DNA from: Balamuthia mandrillaris
Taxonomy: Eukaryota
Length of the DNA: 64,000 nucleotides
Reading direction: 5' to 3'
Assembly (NCBI GenBank): GCA_031835245.2
Contig: JAVKOQ020000027.1
Coordinates: 248,001-312,000 of the forward strand
Shown one piece after another: positions 46,930-59,020 of the stretch. How positions within the stretch are numbered: position 1 is the first letter of the stretch; every line of letters begins with the position of its first letter. The translations under genes were made by a program, and so were the position numbers. The notes under the pieces were generated by a model. It worked only from the letters and a program-made list of their open reading frames with translations, was not told the origin of the DNA and searched no databases.

Positions 46930-49474
46930 TTACAAAGACAACCGCCTGTTCTCCACGAGGGCTTGATAACCAGCCTTCTTTCTTTTGTGCCGCCGGATGA
47001 CAAAGAAGCTGCCAGTGGCCAGACCAACGACCACCACCACCGAGACAACCACCGCGACAGCAATGGTGATGGCCTTCTTCTTGGAGGAGCCATCGTCCTT
47101 CACCATGCAGTAGGTGTTGGCCGAGTTGGAGAACTTGCCGGCAGGGCAGTGCTGGCACTCGGTGCTACCCTCCTCAGGAGCCACCGTGTCATTGGCGCAA
47201 CGCATGCAGGAGGTCTTGGCCTTGGCAGGATTGTAATGCCCCTTCGCACAGAGACGGCAGTCGATGGTTCCTTGTTGATCTGCAAAGCTGCCGGGCGCGC
47301 AAGGTGCGCACTTGACGTTGCCGGTGGAGTTGGCGTGGAAGCCAGGGTTGCAGAGCACACACGCCGTGCTGCCGGTTTCAGCCTGGGCATATCCCTCGGG
47401 ACAGGGAGAACACTCCACCGTGCCGTTGCCTTTGGCAAAAGATCCGGCCTCGCAGGCATAGCATTTGGTCTGGCCCTTTTGGTCGGCATAATGGCCAGGG
47501 GAGCAAGCAGGGCAGACGATGTTACCGGTACCCTTTACGGCGGTACCCTTAGGGCAGTCCTTACAGAGCTGCAAGCCCTCCTGGTCGGCGTAGGTGCCAG
47601 CCAGGCATGGAGAGCATTGTTCGTTGCCGGTGGAGTTGGCGAAAAATCCCTTGGCACAGGGGGCGCAGGTCTTGGTGCCGGTGGTGTTGGTGAAGGTTCC
47701 CACGGGACAGTCCTTGCAGGTTACAGCGCCTGGCGCGTTGGAGAAGGAACCCTTGCCGCAAGGAGAGCAGGTCTTGGTACCAGTCGCGTCCGCAAAGGTG
47801 CCTTGAGGACAGGGCTGGCAGGTCTGGCTGCCCTTTCCATCGGCAAAGCTGCCCTTGTCGCAGGGTTGACAACCGGTATTGCCGGTGGTGTTTGTAAAAG
47901 TGCCCTCATCGCAGGGTTGGCAGGTAGACTGGCCGGTCTTGTCGGTGGCCGTGCCTTTGCCACAAGGCGAGCAGGTCGTGCTGCCGGTCTTGTCGGCGAA
48001 TTGGCCGACGGCGCAAGGGCTGCAGAGCTTGCTGCCCGTAACGTTTGCGTATGATCCCTCCGGACAAGGGCTGCAATCGAATGCGTTGCTAATGTCGGAG
48101 AAATGGCCGGCGGAGCAAGGCAAACACTCTGCTTTGTCTGGTTGAGTGTAGTCGATGTGAGTGCCAGGCTCACAGGTGGTGCATTGGTCCGGCTTGCAAG
48201 GAGAACAGCTGCCCCAGCCAGCGGCGGAGGCCTGTTCGGGCTGCTGTCCAGGGTAGGGACAGGTGAAGGAGCAGGATGAAGAGATTTGGGCGTTCTTGGC
48301 GTCCTGAGAGGGATCGAAGGCGATGTCTCCTCCACCCAAAAGCACCGGGGGCAAGCAACGGCCATTAGTGAATGCAAGGTTGCCATCGAAGATGCTTTGC
48401 TCAAGGGAGAGAGGGTGAGATGTTGCTCTCTCTTGTTGTTGAGCGGTGCTGGTGAAGTAGATGAGTGGGGGAGTGGTAATGGAGGGGTTGAGAGTTTGAG
48501 TGCTTTGAGGGTCGTTCTTACTGAAAGTGCAGGCTACGAAGCTGGCAGAGTGTGCAGCCACGTTGAAAGTGCCGCGCACGGAGGAAGAGGAGCTGGAGGA
48601 GCCGCTGCAGCCCTGGAAGGTGGTAGAGGTGAAGCTCACGCTATCGCTGGACTGGATGGAGAACGACTTTATGTTCTGGAAGGAGCTGGCGCTGACGTCC
48701 ACAGAACCGACTGATCCTTTTGAGGCAGAGCCCTAGATATGATATCATAAGTATTGGTCCCACAGAAAAAAAGAAAAAGAAAAAGAAAGAGAGAATAAAA
48801 AGAAAAAGAGAAAGAAAACGAAAAAGAAAAGGAAAAAAAAAAAAGAAACCTACAAGAGAGATGTCAATAGCATTAAAAGTAACGCTCTCAGCGGTGATCT
48901 TCGAATCCGCAAAAGCCACAAAGGTGGAGGGGTTGGAGGCGTCGCTCGAGCCAACCTCACAAGTGTCCAGCGAGAGCGTCACGTTCTTCACCTTGAGCCC
49001 CCCCACGTTGGCGTTCTGGATCTGCACCCCTTGGCCCGAGGCGCTGGCGTCCACGTACTCCAGGTCAAAGTCCTGGAACTGGACGCTCTTGAAGAGGGTG
49101 CTCCCAGGGGAGGACTTGGTGATGACGACCGGCTCGGTGGCCTGGGCTCTCCCCTTTTCCCCTCCCTGCCTGTAGGTCTGGAAGATGAGGATGGGCACCG
49201 AGGCAAAGTGGTCCAGGGCGATGAAGGCCCCGTTGTAGGTGCCAGGGGAGGCGCAGAGGGTGAGGCTGCCCGTGCTTTGGCCTTGCATCAGCTGGAGGGC
49301 CTTGTAGAGCGTCTTGACGGGGGACTTTGCGCTGCCGTCGTTCTTGTCATTGCCCTTGTCGCTGGAGGCGTAGTAGGAGCAGGTGGCGGCCGAGGCGAGC
49401 TCCACGAGGCAAAGGGAAACAACAACGGCCACGACCGAAGCCAACAGCCACGCTGGTAGTTTGTTCATCGTCAT
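46930..49474 (-). CDS. Type I membrane protein with tandem Cys-rich GCC2/GCC3 (ephrin-receptor-like) repeats
   Basis: Signal peptide; ASSDKGNDKNDGSAKSPVKTL (DUF1565/beta-helix-type start); about 20 repeats of CxPCxxGxFxxxxGxxx; TM segment ITIAVAVVVSVVVVVGLATGSFFVI; cytoplasmic GYQAL. Confidence 0.88.
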
Positions 49475-49951
49475 GCCTTTCTGTTTATTTTTGCTTGTCT
49501 CTTTTGTCTGCTCTCGCTAAATTCCTCCGCTTACTTTTCGTAATGTCTTTTTCTTTTGGGCCAAACATGTCGACAAAAATTTCTGCGGTGGCTTATCAGA
49601 CACCTCGTTGCGCAACATTCCACGATGTTACGATGCTATCCCTCTGCGGGTTGGGTAAGAAAGTGACGTCACCATTTCGAGCTGGGAATTGGGTGCTGGC
49701 TTTTTTATGTCTGCCACGAGGAATGCGCAGCGGGCTCTCCAATTATTTCGACGAAAAATTATGGATTGGATTTGTTGCGGACATCAGTTGTCGACAAACA
49801 CAGTTGGAAACTTCAGTGCAGAAAAAACGCGGAAATTTAGAAAGAAAACCAATTACACCACGTTACAATTAATGCAACGAGGAGGAGCCATTCATTCTAC
49901 TTCTTGCCGTGGAAGAAGAAGAAGAAGAGAGAATACCCCCCCCAAAGAAGG

Positions 49952-52900
49952 ATGGAAGAAAGCCAAGATGAAAAGAAACCGCTGCTGCAGAGCGAACAAA
50001 TCCCTCCCCTCTTCCCTTCCGCTGCTGCGGAAGAGGCTTCCGCCTCCGCCTCTTCCTCTTCGCTCTCCGCCCAAAGCTCTGCCACCTCAGAGGCCGCTCC
50101 CCTTCTCGGCGACATCGTCCCATCTTCTCATGAAACTGAAACGCACGTATAAATCAAATATCAAGCTAAAAATTATTAACGTTTAAAAACAAAAAAAAAA
50201 AAAAAAAACAAACAGCGAAGCGTTCCAGATCAAGAAAGCGGCCGTGTTGGTCGACTGCGCGGTGGCAGGGAAACCGACCCTCTCGCTCAACAGCCCCATC
50301 GGGCTGAGGGCCTATCTCATCCATAGGAACCTGATGTGGCTGACCTACGTGGTGTGGGCCGTGCTCTGTTTGCTTCCCTTCTTCGAGGAGCCCTCCTGGT
50401 GTGCCTTTTATCCAAACGGAGGGTGCTCTTCTTCTCTCGGTTTGTTTTTTTTCTCATGAGTACTCCTTTTTTTTTTTCATTTTTCATTTTTCATTTCTTT
50501 TTATTTTTATTTTTCTTTTTTTCTTTTTTCCTTTTTTTTCGGTTCTTTATCAATTATTTTTCATATTTATCCTTCTTTTCTCTTATTCTTCTTTTTTATT
50601 ATCTTTCTGTATGTTTTTCTTTATGTTTTGTGCATGCATTATAGCAACTGAAGGAAAGTCATGGGAAGACTCTGGCCTGCCCAAGCTCAAAATTTCTGTG
50701 GCCCTATCCATACGGTTGGCTTGCATGCTCCTTCTGGCCGTTCAGGCCACGCTTTGGGCATTTGTTCTTGGGCGCAAACACTTTTTCAGCATTCGAGGAA
50801 ACCTCTGGCACTTGCTTCAATGCTTGCTCATCTGCTGGGTGACAATCGAGACCATTGTCCTGTTGATCGTGTTGCCGTCTACTCGACACAAGAGCAACAA
50901 AAGCAAGGATGGGTACTTGGTGCTGATCCATTTTTCACCGTTTCTCCTGCCGTTGTTGTTTTCCATTTACTTTGCGCCAGTTCGACGTTCTGTGAAGAAT
51001 ATCGTGGCACTGTTGGTACAGATGAGGGATATGGCTGTGTTGATGTCGTTCTCCATTTTGCTGGCCTCTTGGTTGGGATGGACCTTGTTCAAAGTGATAG
51101 ATGGTAATTTTTCATCATTGTGCTTCGTGAATTTCGTAGTTTTGTTCTTTTGTTGCTCATCCGTTGAGTCATTATTTTGCAGAGGAGCACTTTGGAAGTT
51201 TAGGCGACTCCATGGCACAAATGGTGTACTTATTGTACGCTGGAAACCTGCCAGGAATGCTGGCAACAAGCTTCGAGGCTTATCGAATTTCTGCTTTGTT
51301 CTTTGCAAGTTTCATTGCCTTTGTTAAGCTATTGTTCTTGAGTCTTGCTCTCGCCGTTGTTTATAGTTGCTACTCCTCTCTGATGCGAGCCGATGTCAAC
51401 GTATTTCTGGTATGTTTGTTTACATATTACTCCTTCTCTAATATCTTTCAACAACATTACCAACAAAAGGAACGACGACGAGTTGCCTTGTTAGCGGCGT
51501 ATGATGTGCTGAAAGAACTTACAAAAAGAGAAGACGTCACTCACGAGGAATCTGGAGTGAGTTTCCCCGTTCTTCGTAGATTATTTGTGGAGTTAAACGC
51601 GTATCATCATCTAAGCCACGTTCCGATGGACCAATTGGATTTAGTTTGTAAGTTTTTGGATGCCAACCGCAACAGTCACGTAGGTAAAGACGGCTTCTTA
51701 GAATTATGTTATGTGTTTAACCTTCGTTTCCGTCAAAGAAAAGGTATCTCCTGTTCCTCTTTTCACTCCTTCCTGCTTTCCTTCTAATGAAGCAACAGAT
51801 AAAAAAGAGGCCAGAGGATTGCTAGCAGGTGTTTGGCCTGGCCTTTACCGTGCTAGAGGCATTCGTGTGCTAACTCGAGTGGAACGCAGTCCTTTGTTGG
51901 AATATGTTGTGGATGGTATGGTGTTAATCTCCACTTTATGTTCCGTTATTGAGTCAATTCAATTTCCTCGCCATCGAGGTACTATCCTGCCTTCTTTTTC
52001 TTCTGTCATTGTTTCCTTTCAACCAAGCTCATTCATTTCGCCAAAGTTGAATGGGAGATTGTTCAAATGGTTTTTGTAGGGTTTTATACTTTCGAACTCT
52101 TCCTCAAAATATTCATCCGCGGCTTCGATTGTTTCCACGGTCAGCTCCATCGTTTAGACTTTATCTCCATTCTCTCCATCCTCGTTCTTTACACCATTGT
52201 TGCATCTACATCAGCTTCCCTATATTCCTTTGCTCACTCTTCCCCTGCTCTCTTTGGCCTCCTAATTGTCTTTCGTTCGCTTCGTCTGCTTCGATTATTA
52301 CGACATTTACCCATTCTTCGCGGAGCGACAGAAGCACTGACACGATATCTTCCCATGTTGTTTGTTCTGATGAGCATCTTTCTATTGTTGGGATACTTCT
52401 TCTTTGCAGCTTTGGGCATTCTTCTCTTTGGAGGCAAGGTCTATCCGGAGAATCCTCGTTTGAAAGATACCAACTTTGCCAAAGCGCACCTTTTTTCTCT
52501 CAACTTTAACGACTTTGGGGATGCTCTCTTCGCGTTGATGACTGTTCAGCTGGCAGCAGATGGCACGAGTATTGAAGGATGGGTAGCATCGAGCGGAAGC
52601 GAATGGACTCACATTTACTTCGTTTGCTTTCTCATCGTTTCGGACATGTTGTTGATGAACATTGTTTTAGCGTCGGTGTTGGAAGCATACGAGCATTACA
52701 GTTCTGCCAAAGCGAACGTTCAAAGAAGAATGACGCAATACAAACAGAGAATTGAAGAAAAGAAAGGGGATGGAGGACGTGGAAGGAAGACGAAGATACA
52801 AGAAACTACAGTGGTGGAAGAGAAACCGATGCAAAGAGAATACTATGGAGTGTTTGACTTGGATGCGCTATACAGTCGGAAGATGAAAACGATGAAGAGA

Positions 52901-53212
52901 AGCAAAAAGTTCAAACGTGGAATAGCCAAACCATCTTTGATCCAAAGGAAGAAAAATAAGAAGACCGAAGAAGAAGAGGAAGAACTGAAGACTGAAATTG
53001 TAGAAGAAGAAGAAGAAGAAGAAGAAGAATCGATTGATATTTCCTCTGAGGATGAAATGGAGGCAGCAAATTTGGAAGCACAGAAAAAAGCACTGGAAGA
53101 GATCATAGAAGAAGCTGGGTTGGAGGAAGAGATGAAAGAAAGGTTGATGGAAAGTGTGCAAAGACTTCAACAACTATCGCATAATCCTCAGTCAGAAAAC
53201 GAACATATTTAA
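49952..53212 (+). CDS. Two-pore channel (TPC family), multi-exon
   Basis: N-terminal EKKPLL sorting motif; LPFFEEPSWC; two 6-TM halves; LALAVVYSCY; EF-like linker; S4 FRSLRLLRLLR; FAALGILLFGG; LNFNDFGDA; LMNIVLASVLEAY. Confidence 0.9.
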
Positions 53213-53243
53213 GTACCTTTTTCCTCTCTTCTCATTTGTGTTA

Positions 53244-55677
53244 TTACTTTTCTCTAACAATTCCATCAGCAGCATTAGACTTTAACAAGGTGACTCCAAA
53301 GGAAAGACGTTTTTGGTTGGTGGTCTTAGCTTGAGAAGTAATGAGGGCACGTTCCTTTTCATGGAACAATCGCAAGTACTCCTCTCGCGCACTTCCCTTC
53401 ATCGCCCCTTGAGATTGTTCCGTTGCAGTGAAATGCCGGTGAAGTGCTCTCTTCCAAAAGTTGTCATAATCACGAAGAACGGTTGCGAATAAAATACACA
53501 CCTTTTTTCCCAGTATGTAAGAAACCCAAAGATAGAAGGAAGCGAAAAGCAACAAAAGCAGAAAGGAAGGTCGGAACCTTGGTACAAGAGACCAAAGAAG
53601 AAGCATCCAAAAACTCAAATATGTGACATAGAAGTTCGTCCGGAAGACAAGCAAACAGGTTGGACCAAGCACGCAACCGCCTTGAATGCAGTCGTTTGTG
53701 ATGAATGTAACGCCTCATGTTGTAGTTTGGTATAATTTTTCTTGAAGGCAACTTATTTCCTATTGTTTACAGGAAAACGTTAAAGAAGAAGAAAGAAGAA
53801 AGAAGAAAGTGGAACAAGAAGAAAAGAGAAAACATAGGACAGAGAGGGACTAGACATTCAGGAGGAGAAAACGGACCAGTGAGAGGAGATCTGGAGTGAC
53901 GAGCAAGCCATTGTTCGATAGCTTTTCGTTCGTAAGTATGGCCGTCCATCGCAACTACAGGATCCTCGAAAGGAACTTGCGTCAATGGACAGATAAAGTG
54001 GAAGAGATAACGCTGACGAACGCCCTTTGCTCGTTTTCGGTGCTCCAGTTCTTGTTCCACTTTTCTTTGCACTACCAGCCCTTCTTCCTCCTCATCATCG
54101 ATGTTGTATAAACTGATTCTGTTTTCTTTCGACTGATCCGTCGTCCCTGCATCTGTTTCTTTATCCTTTTCCTTTTCCTTTTCTTTGTCCGAAGAAGAGG
54201 AAGAAGAGGAAGATGAAGAAGCCAATGCTTCCTGCAGTTGAAGAATTTGACTTTGAAGTTGGTTGATGGTGTAGTGTTGTTTTCGAGCCAATGCGGCAGC
54301 TTCGAAAAGCATCGCTTCAAGTATTTGTGGAGTTCTGATTTGTTGCTGTTTTGGTTTGTTGCGAATAAGACTCGCTCTATATTTTAAGAATACAAAAGAG
54401 AAAAAGACGAAGGTTATGAGATTGCAGATATAGAGCAAGAAATTAACGAGAGAGAGAGGAGAGAACCTGCTGCCAAAACGAAGCGTGGAGAGAGTTTCGG
54501 TGACATTGAATGAACTTGGTGAACAATTGATGACAAGTGTCGTTCGTGCGTTTCCTCCTAAGCTGTTAATCGATTGTTTTAATGCGATGAGATGCTGTTA
54601 GAAAGAAGGAGAAGAAGAAGAAGAAGAAGAAGAAGAAGAACAAGAAGAACAAGAAGAATAGGGAGAAGAGAACTAGAAGAAGAAAGGAGAAGGATAATAA
54701 AAACATTTCAGCAACACGCATACCTGTTTTGTAAGAGGCGAGTTAGTTTGCTGTCGCGATAAGGCACATGTTTCTTTCTGGCAACCAAAGCAGAGATAAC
54801 ATTTCCCAAAGCCAACAACGAGGCGTTAATCCGTTTCGCTTCGTCCAAGCGCATTCCTTCAGCCTCTGTTTTGCTAACCTTTTCAGAGCCGGCCAAATCG
54901 ACCAAGTAAAGCTGAGAGGCTTTTGTGGTTTGCTTCTGGATGTTCTGTTTGTTGATGGTCACAAGAAAGATGGCATGCCCTCTTGAGCTTTCTTCGTTAG
55001 AATGTTTTTTCTTAAGTTAAGGAGAAGAAAATGGCGATAACAGAAAAAGAAGGAAAAAGAGAGGGGAAGAGAGGGAGGGGAAAGAAAGAGAAGATGAGGA
55101 TATTCGTTGCAGCAACGACTCTGTTTCTGGCGCCATCCCTCATGACGGAGATGACTTGTTCAGCAGAAAAAACAGGAGTTTCCATTGCCTCGGGTACAAT
55201 CAGCCCTGTTTTATCTCCTCTGATAGTCAAAGAGCGATTTGGGTCTCTGTTTAGGTCTTTTAAAAACAGATGAGTTCAGGACAAAAGAATAAGGAAACAG
55301 AAGAGCGAAGGAAGACGTACTCAAAAGATCTCGGACTTTTTCCATGTATATTTCAAGATAAGAAACAGTGATATCGAAGAGAATGTGTTCGGATGAGATA
55401 GTAGAGATATGGTGGAAGATATCTCCCATTACTCTCGGTATTATGCCCTTCAGACCTTCATCGAAGCCCTGTCGGTGCAGTTCTGCATCCTCGAACCCAG
55501 GTCCTTGCATTGTGTACGTTTTACCTGCTCCTGTTTGGCCGTACGCTATAATGGCAGCACTATAGCCGTTCAACACATCTACGAAAAATAGAGAGAGAGA
55601 GAGAGAGAGTAAGTACAAAAAAAACAAGAGAATGGAGAACGAGAGAAAGAGAGAAGAAACTACGTCGACGAGAGAGC

Positions 55678-55715
<38 letters not shown>

Positions 55716-56580
55716 AAAAAAAAGAGAGGGAACAGAGACTAGAGAAGAAAGAAGACCATCAATCATGGGTTTAGCGGCATAAGTGTAGACTTCCTCTTGT
55801 CCCGAATATTCAGAAAACACTCTATGAAAGTTGAAGCTGTGACTGCTGCTCGTGGCATGTCCCGTCTGTATCACCAAAGAAAGATTGAGTTGAATGAAGA
55901 GACAGGAGGAGGAGGAGGAGGAGGATGAAGAAGAAGAAGAAGAAGAAGAAGAAGAAGAAGAAGAAGAAGAAGAAGAAGAAGGAGAAGGAGAAGAACAAGA
56001 AGCTGAAACAAACTTGAACGGTAACAGTGCGTTGGTTCGGAATCGCAATGCATGGCTCCCCTCCAGCCTCATACTCGTCCTGAGAGTGAGGCCGAAACCT
56101 ACAAACCACCCTTATATTCTCCTCTCCTTCTCCTCCTCCTTCTTCTTCCAAAGAAGAGGAGGAAGAGGCGCCCCCTGCGGCCTCAGCAGGGTTCCATTCC
56201 TCCGAAAAGGGATCAAACAAGTCAAATTCGTCTTCATTCCTCGTTGTCTTCTTCTTCTTCTTCTGCGTAATGCTCTTCTTCTTCGCTCCTCCGGAGGGAG
56301 CGGAGAGCTTTTTTTTGCCTTTGTCACGCAAGTCAGAGAAGCTCTCTCTTCTTTCCCTTCTTTGTTTCTCCTTGTGAGAAGAAGAAGAAGAAGGCGAAGG
56401 AACATCCAGCGCACTGATCGTTCTTCGACGCAGGGTATTCTTGCTTCGTTTCTTTCTGGTGGTGGAGGAAGAAGCAGAACCAGAATTATTGCCGTGATGG
56501 CTCGAAGGACTTTGCCAAGACCGCACGCCAGCAGAAGCGGCGGAGGAAGAGGAGCTCTCGCCGTCGTCTTCGCTCTTCAT
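53244..56580 (-). CDS. Kinesin motor (kinesin-1-like) fused to coiled-coil, U-box and F-box domains
   Basis: [76 protein letters not shown]. Then [31 protein letters not shown]...SPLTG..L....IIPN (U-box) and [16 protein letters not shown]...TKVC...FW (F-box). Confidence 0.88.
55004..55103 (-). other. U12-type AT-AC intron in the kinesin motor
   Basis: 5' ATATCCTC, branch TCCTTAAC (55016-55023), 3' AC. Removal restores [15 protein letters not shown] (switch I). Confidence 0.9.
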
Positions 56581-56738
56581 CTTCTTTCCATCAATTTTTT
56601 TCTGCGAAAACATTCCTATCATTCTTAACATGTCGACGTAAAAATATTTAAGATGTTTTTCATTCCTTTAATTCTTGTGTCGACCAAAACATATTTGACA
56701 TGTTTCGCATTCCACACCAAAACAAGGGAAAAGAAGAG

Positions 56739-58018
56739 ATGGAAGGCAGAGGAAGAGGAGGAGGAGAGGCGTGGTCCCTGGCCGCCTACTTGGGCACGAA
56801 CGTTACCTCGGTGTGCTGGCTCCCACGCTGCGACCATCGCACCAGAACCGCATACCTACTCACTGGCACTTCAGACGAATCGGTACCTCTCTTTTTGTTG
56901 AAGTGTTTTCCTTTCATTTCGTTGTTTTCTGATTTTGTGATCGATAAAAACGAACAGATAAATAAGGTTGGGTTATGGAGTTTTTCGTTGCCGGATTGGG
57001 AAGACGAGGAAGAAGAAACGGGGCCACAACCTCCCTCGCCTCTTGCCGATAACGTCGTCTTTGGTTCTGTTGCTGGCTTGAAGGTTCGACTCTCTCTTCT
57101 CTTCATCGTTCTCTTGTTTTTTCCTCTCTTATTCCTCTTCGTACTCCTTCTCTGTGGCTTCAAGGTGGTGGAACGAGACTCCTCTCTCTTTGCGCTCAGT
57201 GTTACCACTCATGGCAACCTCAATGTCCACAAAGTCTTCTTCGATACGTCTTCCTCACTTTCCAAGGTAACACCACACTTTCAAAAAAAATAAAATACAC
57301 GAAGTTGCTAAAACCCCTTTTTCAAGGAGGACCGGTTAAAACGGACAAGCACGTGGGAACGCCTGCATCGCTCCGCATGCACAGCGTTTGATGTACGAGC
57401 AGAGAGCAACGAGATCGTTACGGCAGGAGAGGATGGAGCATTACACTTTGTGCAACTGGAACAAGCCATCACTAAACCTCATTTGAGCATTGGTTCGCAC
57501 TCTTTTTTTCCCTTTCTTAGTTGTGCTTCTTTCTTGCATATTTTTTCCAATGGCGTTCTCCTATCTTCTTCATTCTCTTTCTTTCTTCTTTCTTCTTTCT
57601 TCCTTCTTCGTTCTTTTTTCATTGTATGATGTACCAGAGAATGCCGATAGCAGCGGTGTATCAAGCGTGCATTTCATATCTTCTCACTCGGTGTTGAGTG
57701 TTGGCAGCACTGGACATCTCAAGCTTTTTGACCTCCGCACCAACAGTAATGCACAGCAAGACTTTACCATGGTGAAAACGATGAAAGAGTGAGTTTATTT
57801 ATCTCCGTATTGTCTTTTGTTGACTTTTTTTGAGCTCACATGTTTGCTGGTGATTACTTTAGTGCGGGAAGCTCAATATTGCAATGCGCTGCAGTGCACC
57901 CGCATCAACCTTCTTTTGTTGTGACAGGCGCTCATGATGGGTCTATCGCCTTCTGGGTACACTCTTTTTCTTTCTTTGCTTGTTCTTTGTTCTCTTTTTC
58001 TCCTTTCCCGTTCTTCTG

Positions 58019-58051
<33 letters not shown>

Positions 58052-58671
58052 TACGCACTTTTCAAATAACCCATTTGTTTTTGTAATAGGACTTGCGTCA
58101 CCCCAAATGGCCTTTTCAGTCGTATGCACAGCACACTGCTGATGGTATTTATCTCGTATTGTCTCTTTCTTTCTTGCTGTCTTTTTAACTAGAGCCTGTA
58201 GTATGGGATATACAGTTTCATGCGGCACACCCAGATAATGTTATTTCCGCTTCTGAAGATGGAACACTGTTACTCTGGTACCTATTTTTTTCGCCTCATT
58301 CTTCTTTGTTTCAACTCACAATTGTTTATTTATTTATTTATTTTGCTCTGTTGTTTTTTCCTTTTCCTCTATTGTCCCTCTTGCCTCCCTTCTCTCCCCT
58401 ATCTCGCGTTCTCTTCTCTTGACTCTTCTGTCTCTTTCTCTCCGATTCTCTCTCGCTCGTATCTCACGCCACATCAACAAAAAGGAACTTCAACCCGAAA
58501 AACGAGATGAGAGGCACATTCACCGCCGACAAAGAGCAACTCCTTCTCCGCAAACTGCTTCGCCAACGGGTTGGCCTGAACAGCCTGGCCGTGCTCCCCG
58601 AAATGAACATGCTGTGTTGTGCCGCCGACAACGAGGCTCTCCTCTTCCTGGGCGAGCTGCTGCCCGAATAA
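56739..58671 (+). CDS. NUP43: Nucleoporin Nup43 (WD40), multi-exon
   Basis: VTSVCWLP...LLTGTSD, HPHQPSFVVTGAHDGSIAFWDLR, VWDIQFH..HPDNVISASEDGTLLLW match the Nup43 pattern. Confidence 0.8.
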
Positions 58672-58901
58672 CTCGAAAGGAGGAGCAAAGCGGAGGAAAG
58701 CTCGCGGAAAACAAGGCAACGAGCGGCAAAGAAGGGAGAGACAGTCTCGAGAGTTTCATTTGAATCCGCTTTTCTGCGTTGTTCCTGTGTTTTGCACGTT
58801 AGTTCTCCATGCAGGGAGCCTAGTAACATTATTAAAAGAAACAAAAAAGCACAAAGAGAGAGAGACCCGTTTCTAGCTCTTCTTATCGGGTACTCTCCGG
58901 C

Positions 58902-58908
58902 TATAAAA
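58902..58908 (+). promoter_or_regulatory. TATA box (TATAAAA)
   Basis: Consensus TATA about 115 nt upstream of the ATG at 59021. Confidence 0.55.
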
Positions 58909-59020
58909 CCAAAACGTTCGTTTCATTCCTTCATTCATTTATCTCTTTACAACACAACAAACAACTCTTACACAAAACTAACAAGCTGCTTTGCTTAACC
59001 ACTGCATCCAACCGATAAAG

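Noticed and set aside
47100..48200. Regularly spaced ~51-nt repeats resembling an array
   Set aside because: Protein-coding Cys-rich repeats with synonymous variation. Not CRISPR: no invariant repeat-spacer structure, no cas genes, eukaryotic context.
2098..56580. Many ubiquitin-system genes (UIM-PTH2, two F-box genes, BC-box LRR, SHP box, U-box kinesin) as a functional cluster
   Set aside because: They are interspersed with unrelated housekeeping genes, and these families are large in amoebae. There is no evidence of co-regulation.
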